A stretch of 32,884 nucleotides of DNA, from contig NC_069001.1 in the NCBI RefSeq assembly GCF_001194135.2, forward strand, positions 19,759,580-19,792,463, given 5' to 3'. How positions within the stretch are numbered: the stretch's first letter is position 1; each line of letters begins with the position of its first letter. This stretch comes from Octopus bimaculoides. Taxonomy: Eukaryota. The notes under the pieces are model-generated. The model saw only the letters and a list, made by a program, of their open reading frames with translations, had not been told where the DNA came from and did not search any database. Of the stretch, positions 11,180 through 20,074 are shown in pieces. Made by a program: the position numbers and the translations under genes.

Positions 11180-12995
11180 AATTTCATTGAAATTATCCAC
11201 AAGGGCTGTACATAGAGTAGTAGCTGCGGGCTGGACAAAGACATTAATGTGATGAGGATGATAACGAAAGGTGAATAAAAATGAGAGAGGCACCGGCGCC
11301 CGCCGACCGATAACCCCTCGAAAACATTGTTAAATACAAATCCAATAAAAGTCAAAAGTTCAATGAAAGTTCTTTTTAAAGATCTAATCTTCCTCGCCAT
11401 CACTGGATCTCGCACAGGCAGGCCCCGAATGACGTAAGTAAAATCCTCTTTTTGACAGGACCTCCATGACTTCACTATGATTTAAAACCTCCACAGCCAC
11501 CTGTGGAGGCCAACATGGATGGTCTATACATACCGAGTCGAAACGCTCTCGGTCTAATAGGCCATCCAGATACTTTTCAACGGGCCCTCCCTTGGGGTAA
11601 CAGAAGATATACTCCGTTTCCTCATCACCAGGAGGGACCGCAACCTGCTCTGTCAGTGGCGCAAATCCCATTGACAGAGCCTCCCGATCCATCTCCCGTT
11701 TCTCCTTTTTCTTTTTTTTACTGGTTGTGGGGGTTGGGGCATCCTTCGGCACACCCGAGATGTCCTCCTCCTCTCCCGCAACCTCTATTTCTCCTGGTGA
11801 GCAACTACATTTTCTTTTTTCCTCTGCTCCGGGGCCTTACCTCGGCCCTTGGGGCAGTTCGTTTTTAAATGGCCGGATTCAAGGCACTTGTGACATTTGG
11901 GAGGACGTCCCTCAAGAATTACTGGGTACCTTGACCCAGCCATCCTTAAAAAGTCCGGAAACACCAGACTAGCAATCGACTGGGACCAGAGAGTCAACAC
12001 CGATTTTGACCCCTCCCAGTCAATTGCTGGCAAAAATTTTATATTGACGAGCTTGGTTCCGGTGCCGCCTAGACCCCGGTGGTAAGAATCCCCTATCTAC
12101 TCGGGTTTTATTTCAGGTGGCAACCCGCAGACCCAATCCCTCGTTATTTTTTGTCCACAATATGTGGGCAGAAATAAAATTTCTTTGCCCTCAATGGACC
12201 CACTCGCAAATTTGCGAGCTTCACTCAGGGAGTCAAAAAGCAACCACACGGTTGCGTATTTGACTCCCCTTAAAATATATTTAAAGTTTGTATTAAATTT
12301 TTTAAGTTCTTTTTCAATAGTGGTTTGAGGAAAGACAGTGACGCTATCCAACACCTTTGAGTAGGTTTGGAGCGTCACTGTTCTTTCGTCCAGTTCTTTC
12401 AACCACTGCTTGGGTGGGCACAATTCCCACTCCAAGACAGTGTTTATATTTTGAGGTGCCATGTCCGTTTAAGAAAAATAAGAGTTCAAAATAAATTTTA
12501 AAACAGTTCTAAGGGAAAAAATATCACAAAAATTAAAAGGATGGAAGAAAAAAACTAAACAAAAGGAAGAGACAGAATAGAAATAGATAGTAAAAATAAA
12601 AAGTCACAGACACTGAATCTTCCATATGGTACTCCAAATAGGTGCTCCGAGTAGGTACTTCAAACGTTTTCGGCTAAAAATGCCAAACGAAAAAAAAATC
12701 TTCACAGCTGTAGTGGAGCGAACACGCCCACCACAGACAGCAAACACGCAATTTTGTTCGTAATGAACACACATAAAAACTCGCCAGAGGCAAGCGAAAA
12801 TGCCACAGAGCTGGACAACAGTCTACTGAAAAATAAATAACAAGCAATAAATTGTTGCCCAGCTGAGCAACAAAAACGACTTACCCTGGCGAATTCTTCA
12901 AATTGTTCTTTTTTCTTTTTTTTTTTGGACAGAGCCAAAACTCATGTTCACCTTGGTAAACTGTAGGCAGCAACTGAACACCGGAACCGGAAGTT
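11180..12995 (-). mobile_element. Full-length ORF1-only (HAL1-like) Tx1-derived element, copy A, about 1.8 kb
   Basis: 5'UTR of about 530 nt; ORF1 12462 to about 11384 (RRM-like region, CHKCLESGHLKTNC, Lys-rich tract, C-terminal domain; two stops and a frameshift); 3'UTR ending AGCCCTTGTGGATAAT. No EN or RT. AAGTAGCTTGCT on both sides. Confidence 0.88.
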
Positions 12996-13030
12996 AGCAA
13001 GCTACTTACCACACAGCCACTCCTGCACCT
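12996..13030 (-). mobile_element. 5' head (A-box region) of the tRNA-SINE, cut at the insertion site
   Basis: Minus strand reads AGGTGCAGGAGTGGCTGTGTGGTAAGTAGCTTGCT with A-box-like TGGCTGTGTGG, and overlaps the start of the SINE body at 8847 by AAGTAGCTTGCT. Confidence 0.8.
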
Positions 13031-13448
13031 ACTAATACTGTTGTAAAATATTTATGTAATGTAGCGTGAAAATTTTAATTTTAATTTTTAATGCATTAAT
13101 TGAATTATATTTCGCATATAATTATTTTCAATATGTATTTTGAATTCGCTCTTCGATTTAAGGTTTTCTTCGATTTTTATAACAGGATGAATTTATATCA
13201 AATTCATTTATTTTGTTTATTTTATTCATTGCATGTTTAAAACTTAATTGAAAGGACCAATGAAACAAATCCATATTTAAAGATGTATCCTTTAACTAGT
13301 TTTGATTATATCGTTATTTCTGTTCTATTTTAACAAAACTGTCCGACGAACGGGAACGTGAAACTCTGAGTAACAGCTTTTGTTACATTTCTGCTGCTTT
13401 AAAATAAAGCATATATATCAAAATAAGCAACAAGGATATCCAGAGGTA

Positions 13449-13536
13449 ATGCAGTACGATCGTTTCAAGCAACTCCATTTAATTGAACAATGCAATCATT
13501 ACATCAATTTAAATGCAGAGTAATCCTCAGCTGCAT
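13449..13536 (-). ncRNA. Candidate type I hammerhead ribozyme (left arm of the inverted repeat)
   Basis: ATGCAG-CTGAGGA-long stem II-GAAA-CGATCG-TA-CTGCAT; stem I is 6 perfect bp and stem III is palindromic. The stem II closing pair is U/U (non-canonical). Confidence 0.55.
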
Positions 13537-14112
13537 AAAGACATAGAATTAAATTAAATTGTGGTAAGATTTGGTATATACTGAAAAGTATTCAAAAAAA
13601 TTTTAATCCTTTTGTTATAATATTCTTCTTAATAATCTTCTGAATAACCCTAGATTTTAACTTTATACAATATGGCAATATTGTTTAAAATATTTAACTA
13701 TAGTACTCCATGACAAATTTTCTCCCTTTAATTGTCAGCTAACATCTTGAGTTATGATTGCTTTACCAAATCTCATTATATTACTTCAAATTAATCTTGA
13801 TGATTTTACGGTTATACCCACTATGATTTGTGTCGACTCCCTCATCCCCCTTCCTAACAGACACTGCTTCTTGTTCTTTGGTCTTAGATTTTGATATACA
13901 AAGATTTGATAAACAAGACTATAAATTAAAACACCCCAAAAAACAGTGCCAAGCTAGATTTCTAACTAGTCTTTCTTCCTGATACCTTAGTAGCTTCTAA
14001 GCTGAAATGAAGACAGCATGTTCTTTGTTTATCTCTTTACCTTCTTGGAGGTTTTAGGTAAAATTATACTAATGTGTCCATCTGTTTTAATTTAATTTAA
14101 TTCTATGTCTTT

Positions 14113-14200
14113 ATGCAGCTGAGGATTGCGCTGCATTTAAATTGATATAATGATTGCATTGTTCAATTAAATGGAGTTGCTTGAAACGATCGTACTGCGT
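14113..14200 (+). ncRNA. Candidate type I hammerhead ribozyme (right arm of the inverted repeat)
   Basis: CTGAGGA 14119-14125, GAAA 14183-14186, palindrome ACGATCGT 14186-14193, GUA triplet 14192-14194, stem I 14113-14118 with 14195-14200. Confidence 0.55.
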
Positions 14201-14707
14201 TACCTCTGGATATCCTTGTTGCTTATTTTGATTTTAATCACCTTATTTTGAAATTGTATGGATAATACCGTACTAAATTCTGGTGCCTCAACTTAAGTAG
14301 CTAATTCATCTAAATCTATCTGTCTATCTATCTACCTATCTACCTATATATATATNNNNNNNNNNNNNNNNNNNNNNNNNNNNNNNNNNNNNNNNNNNNN
14401 NNNNNNNNNNNNNNNNNNNNNNNNNNNNNNNNNNNNNNNNNNNNNNNNNNNNNNNNNNNNNNNNNNNNNNNNNNNNNNNNNNNNNNNNNNNNNNNNNNNN
14501 NNNNNNNNNNNNNNNNNNNNNNNNNNNNNNNNNNNNNNNNNNNNNNNNNNNNNNNNNNNNNNNNNNNNNNNNNNNNNNNNNNNNNNNNNNNNNNNNNNNN
14601 NNNNNNNNNNNNNNNNNNNNNNNNNNNNNNNNNNNNNNNNNNNNNNNNNNNNNNNNNNNNNNNNNNNNNNNNNNNNNNNNNNNNNNNNNNNNNNNNNNNN
14701 NNNNNNN

Positions 14708-15035
14708 GAAGCAAGTTTATTTATGCCAGTAGCGTAAAAATCCTACGTTCTGGTGGTGATGAATTCATTGAAGGCGTGTTTGGCATCTTGGTTTTTGAAG
14801 CATTTCTCACGCAGGGAATTGTCGAGATGCTTGAAAAAGTGGCAGTTGGTAGGCGAGAGGTCTGGTGTCTATGGCGGATGAGGCAGAATTTCGTAGCCCA
14901 ATTCGTTCAACTTCTGAAGGGTCAGTTGTGCGACGTGCGGCCGAGCGTTGTCATGGAGAAGAATTGGTCTTTTCTATTGACCAATGCTGGCTGTTGTTGT
15001 CGGAGTTTCTTATGCATTTCATCTATTTGCTAACA
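14708..15035 (-). mobile_element. Mariner transposase C-terminal fragment
   Basis: [46 protein letters not shown] (HDNARPH and YSPDL motifs). Confidence 0.9.
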
Positions 15036-15049
15036 ATACTTCGCTGTAT

Positions 15050-16200
15050 TGGGAGTAGCCATGGGAACGAGAATTGGCCCGAACTATGTGAACGTGTTCG
15101 TAGGATATGTTGAGGCCCAAATATTCTCATGATTCACTCGTCCCACTCCCGAACTATACAGTTGTTTTATTGATGACTGTAGCGGTTCGACCTCACTCCT
15201 TCTTCTCTTTTGTCCAATCTTTCCATCCTGCCCTGAATTCTCCTGCACTATTTCCAACACTTCCGTCGCATTTCTCCACATTTCGGTCAAAATACATCAC
15301 TCACTCCGCTCTCACTACCTCCATCCATAACAAACACACCGACTCACACTCCTACCTTAACTTCTCCTCCCACCCTACCCACACCAAGCTATCTATCCCC
15401 TACTTCCAGTTCTCCCGTCTGCGCAGGCTCTGCAGTGACACCATGACTTTGAGACTCAGTCTCAACTGATGGCTCGCCACTTCATCCTTCGTAGAGATCC
15501 CCTCACCACTATCCACACAGCCCTAACTAGAGCACGTTCCGAGGACGGGTGCTTCTGCTCTCTCTCTCTCTACTTGCACCCGTCTCACCATTGCCCGTTG
15601 CCCATTTTCCATCACATACCACCCCTCCACACTGCCCCTCCAACGCACCATTCTCCGAGCCTTCCTGTGACTCCAGTCCGAAACCTACACCTCGCACATC
15701 TTCCCTTCCTTCAAATGATCCCACAACCTGCGTGACCTCCTGGTCCACAGTTTCTTCCCTAACCCCTCCTCCCAGCCTGGCTCGTTACCAAGCTCCCGCC
15801 CACGCTGCCGCACTTGCCCCTACCTCTCCAACATCACCATCCTCACAGATACCCATCATCGTTATTATCATATCACCAACTCCTTTACCTGCACTTCTAG
15901 CAACGTATTTACTGCATCTCCTGCTCTTTCTGCTCTTCTCTGTACATCGGTCAAACGTGTCGCCGCTTGGTTGACCGGTTCGCGAAGCACCTCCGGGACA
16001 TCAGACTCGGCAATGACACCCCGGTCTCGTGCCATTTCCGCTCTACCGGTCATTCACTACAACACCCGTCTGTGTTCGGATTGTCTTTGTATAGGGGCCA
16101 TCCAGACTCCCGTCTTCGTATTGAACAGGAATTAATCTTCTCTCTTCACTCCTTTGCGCCATATGGGCTCAACTCCCCTCCTCTCTTCATATGATTCCCC
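15050..16200 (+). mobile_element. Penelope-like element: RT 3' part plus GIY-YIG endonuclease (degenerate)
   Basis: GVAMGTRIGPNYVNVFVGYVE, FIDD, K.TDSHSYLNFSSHP..TKLSIPYFQFSRLRRLCS, YCISCSFCSSLYIGQTCRRLVDRFAKHLRDI, RLRIEQELIFSL. Confidence 0.9.
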
Positions 16201-16267
16201 TCACCTCCTCTCTTCATCTGATACCTACTTCCTCTCTTCACTCCTACTCACCTTGTCTCTTCATTGC

Positions 16268-16540
16268 GTTCTGGGAGACCCGCAACTAGCAGAACTGAGA
16301 AAAACATCGCAGATGTGCGTACAGCTGTGAGGGGAAATCGACGAATCACCATCTGTAACTTACCAGAGGACGTGCAGATTAATTACGGCTTAGTTCAGTC
16401 CGTCATCACCGAAAATGTGGGTATGAAATGCGTGTCTGTCAAGTTTGTGCAAAAACTGCTTTCAGCTGACAAAAAACCACTCGGGTTTGAGTTGCACAAG
16501 ATCTCCTTGATTGTGTTGAGAACGATGAAAACTTTCTGAA
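16268..16540 (+). mobile_element. Mariner transposase HTH fragment
   Basis: RSGRPATSRTEKNIADVRTAVRGNRRITI...GMKCVSVKFVQKLLS (GRP motif and WVP-like linker). Confidence 0.85.
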
Positions 16541-16807
16541 AACTTTGCGTAGGTATCACCAAGCTTTTGGCAAAATTTGATGCAGATTCTCTGCTCATCT
16601 TTCTCTGTCATGGTCAATGCGACGATCACACGCTACACACCTTCCTTCCAAGCACTGGTGTAAATAGCGAAGGTGAGGTAGGACGTTAAAGCTTAGTGCG
16701 CGTGCACAGCAAAGTTCAAGGTCAATCTGTGCCAAACGGCTTCACTCTGCGTGCTTTAGCTTCGTTAATATGGCAGCAGTCCGGGTACTTATTGATTAGA
16801 CCACATA
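16541..16807 (-). mobile_element. Mariner 5' end (TIR, 5'UTR, transposase N-terminus)
   Basis: Minus strand begins TA-TGTGGTCTAATCAATAAGTACCCGGACTG (mariner TIR-like) and encodes MTEKDEQRICIKFCQKLGDT. Confidence 0.75.
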
Positions 16808-17210
16808 CGTGCGCCCCCCCNNNNNNNNNNNNNNNNNNNNNNNNNNNNNNNNNNNNNNNNNNNNNNNNNNNNNNNNNNNNNNNNNNNNNNNNNNNNNNNN
16901 NNNNNNNNNNNNNNNNNNNNNNNNNNNNNNNNNNNNNNNNNNNNNNNNNNNNNNNNNNNNNNNNNNNNNNNNNNNNNNNNNNNNNNNNNNNNNNNNNNNN
17001 NNNNNNNNNNNNNNNNNNNNNNNNNNNNNNNNNNNNNNNNNNNNNNNNNNNNNNNNNNNNNNNNNTGGGTTTTCGAACAACTCTGATCACGAAGAAATCG
17101 TGATTTAACTCCTGTCTTTCTCATATCCATCCAGTTGAGTAGTGCCTCGGTTTACGAACGTCTCTGACCACGAATAAATCGTGCTTTATATATCTGTATA
17201 TATATATATA

Positions 17211-17432
17211 TTTATTGAACACAGAGGGCTAAACATAGAGGGGACAAACAAGGACAGACAAAGGGATTAAGTCGATTACATCGACCTTAGTGCGTAACTG
17301 GTACTATTTAATCGACACTGAAAGGATGAAAGGCAAAGTCGACCTCGGTGGATTTGAACTCAGAATGTAACGGCAGACGAAATACAGCTAAGCATGTCGC
17401 CCAGCGTGCTAACGATTCCGCCAGCTCGCAGC
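17211..17432 (-). mobile_element. tRNA-derived CORE-type SINE with a Tx1-like 3' tail
   Basis: A-box-like TGGCGGAATCG, B-box GAGTTCAAATCC, CORE-like GTCGACTTTGCCTTTCATCCTTTC..GTCGAT..AGTACCAG; tail TTGTCCCCTCTATGTTTAGCCCTCTGTGTTCAATAAA. Confidence 0.85.
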
Positions 17433-17730
17433 CCTACATATATATACAGAATAAGCAACAAGATATCGAATAGTGATGGAGTAGGACCGTTTCAAGCGGC
17501 TCCTTTTAATTGAACAATGCAATCATTACATCAATTTAAATGCAGCTGCACAAATAAATAAATGCTCGAAATGAGGAGTAGATAGACAGCCGACAACTGA
17601 TGAAAGGTCGTTTCTCTGTGTTTACTTGTCCTGTTTTCTATTTTTTTCTCTCGTTGTTTGCGTATTTAACACATTTGTTTACGTATTTCATGTTGTTTGC
17701 ACAGTTAGTGACGTTCAGTACCAATAATAC

Positions 17731-17764
<34 letters not shown>

Positions 17765-18611
17765 NNNNNNNNNNNNNNNNNNNNNNNNNNNNNNNNNNNN
17801 NNNNNNNNNNNNNNNNNNNNNNNNNNNNNNNNNNNNNNNNNNNNNNNNNNNNNNNNNNNNNNNNNNNNNNNNNNNNNNNNNNNNNNNNNNNNNNNNNNNN
17901 NNNNNNNNNNNNNNNNNNNNNNNNNNNNNNNNNNNNNNNNNNNNNNNNNNNNNNNNNNNNNNNNNNNNNNNNNNNNNNNNNNNNNNNNNNNNNNNNNNNN
18001 NNNNNNNNNNNNNNNNNNNNNNNNNNNNNNNNNNNNNNNNNNNNNNNNNNNNNNNNNNNNNNNNNNNNNNNNNNNNNNNNNNNNNNNNNNNNNNNNNNNN
18101 NNNNNNNNNNNNNNNNNNNNNNNNNNNNNNNNNNNNNNNNNNNNNNNNNNNNNNNNNNNNNNNNNNNNNNNNNNNNNNNNNNNNNNNNNNNNNNNNNNNN
18201 NNNNNNNNNNNNNNNNNNNNNNNNNNNNNNNNGAATATTTTTTCGTGAAATTTGCTACAAAAATACCTTGATGTATGTACATTTCGAGCATGTAGGAATC
18301 TTGAAGGAAACAACTGCAGGTTATTTTTGAGAAGTGTTCCCCCACAAGGTGATGTTTCGGAGCAAGTCGTCCATATTTGTTTCATTTTTCTCTATTATGT
18401 GAGTAAGTGCATCCATAGGTTTCTAATGAAGTAATAGGCAGTGAAGAGAAGCCGTCATAAGAAAACTTTTAACTACCTCTATTCCTTTCTCACCCTCTCT
18501 CTACCTCTTCTTCTCTCGCTCTCTCAAACGCATACACGTGCAAGTACACAATCATTCAGTAAAATATAACTCATGTTCGTCAATGTTTTGTAAATATACC
18601 ACGATTTTCAC

Positions 18612-18855
18612 TAGGGTATTAGGGTTAGGGTTTTAGGACCGGGGTTAGGGGTTAGAGGTTAGGGTTAGGGTTAGGATTAGTGCTACGGTTACGGTTTTAG
18701 GGTCAGGGTTAGGGGTTAGGGTTTAGGGTTAGGGTTACGGTTAGGGTTAGGATTAGTGTTACGGTTTTAAGGTCAGGGTTAGGGTTAGGGTTAGAGTTAG
18801 GGCTTAAGGTTAATGTTAGGGTTAGTGTTAGGATTAGGTTTAGGATTAGGGTTGG
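18612..18855 (+). repeat. Degenerate interstitial telomere-like (TTAGGG)n tract
   Basis: About 240 bp of TTAGGG with variants (TTACGG, TTAGGA, TCAGGG, TTAGTG). Confidence 0.92.
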
Positions 18856-20005
18856 GTAATCGTGCGGGTGTTAATCTGAAAAATTACAGATATGTGAAAA
18901 GTACCGACCCTGCCATCTATTATAACTTTTGTTGTTCTGTTTAATATATACATAGATTATGCCTCCAAAGAAGAGAGTTTGCTGGGGAAAGAAAGCAACC
19001 GGTTTAAAATGACAGCAACAGACTGTAGCAATTCACCACATTCCAGAAGCTACTTTGAACATAATGCAAAATGGTGCATCAACATCTACTGCCCAATCTG
19101 ATAGAATTCTGGCAGAACNNNNNNNNNNNNNNNNNNNNNNNNNNNNNNNNNNNNNNNNNNNNNNNNNNNNNNNNNNNNNNNNNNNNNNNNNNNNNNNNNN
19201 NNNNNNNNNNNNNNNNNNNNNNNNNNNNNNNNNNNNNNNNNNNNNNNNNNNNNNNNNNNNNNNNNNNNNNNNNNNNNNNNNNNNNNNNNNNNNNNNNNNN
19301 NNNNNNNNNNNNNNNNNNNNNNNNNNNNNNNNNNNNNNNNNNNNNNNNNNNNNNNNNNNNNNNNNNNNNNNNNNNNNNNNNNNNNNNNNNNNNNNNNNNN
19401 NNNNNNNNNNNNNNNNNNNNNNNNNNNNNNNNNNNNNNNNNNNNNNNNNNNNNNNNNNNNNNNNNNNNNNNNNNNNNNNNNNNNNNNNNNNNNNNNNNNN
19501 NNNNNNNNNNNNNNNNNNNNNNNNNNNNNNNNNNNNNNNNNNNNNNNNNNNNNNNNNNNNNNNNNNNNNNNNNNNNNNNNNNNNNNNNNNNNNNNNNNNN
19601 NNNNNNNNNNNNNNNNNNNNNNNNNNNNNNNNNNNNNNNNNNNNNNNNNNNNNNNNNNNNNNNNNNNNNNNNNNNNNNNNNNNNNNNNNNNNNNNNNNNN
19701 NNNNNNNNNNNNNNNNNNNNNNNNNNNNNNNNNNNNNNNNNNNNNNNNNNNNNNNNNNNNNNNNNNNNNNNNNNNNNNNNNNNNNNNNNNNNNNNNNNNN
19801 NNNNNNNNNNNNNNNNNNNNNNNNNNNNNNNNNNNNNNNNNNNNNNNNNNNNNNNNNNNNNNNNNNNNNNNNNNNNNNNNNNNNNNNNNNNNNNNNNNNN
19901 NNNNNNNNNNNNNNNNNNNNNNNNNNNNNNNNNNNNNNNNNNNNNNNNNNNNNNNNNNNNNNNNNNNNNNNNNNNNNNNNNNNNNNNNNNNCTCAAAACA
20001 ATATT

Positions 20006-20046
20006 TGTGTATCGCGATTTCCGGGTTATTTCCCTTCATCAGCACA
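20006..20046 (-). ncRNA. Minimal type I hammerhead ribozyme (Penelope type)
   Basis: TGTG-CTGATGA-A-GGG AAATAA CCC-G-GAAA-TCGCGA-TA-CACA. Canonical core, palindromic stem III (ATCGCGAT), 4-bp stem I, predicted cleavage between 20010 and 20009. Confidence 0.75.
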
Positions 20047-20074
20047 GAATAATTGTTCGGCTAGAGGTGAATTT

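Larger units (their letters stand above)
13417..14232. repeat. 144-bp inverted repeat pair (13417-13560 and 14089-14232) around a 528-bp spacer
   Basis: The arms are reverse complements with 4 mismatches by eye; a degenerate third copy lies at about 17450-17550. Confidence 0.92.

Noticed and set aside
17085-17185. Tigger-like terminal sequence (AGTAGTGCCTCGGTTTACGAACG) with a short internal duplication
   Set aside because: No matching second end or TSD is visible, and it lies next to a gap.
18612-18855. True chromosome end
   Set aside because: The tract is short, degenerate and flanked by ordinary sequence on both sides.
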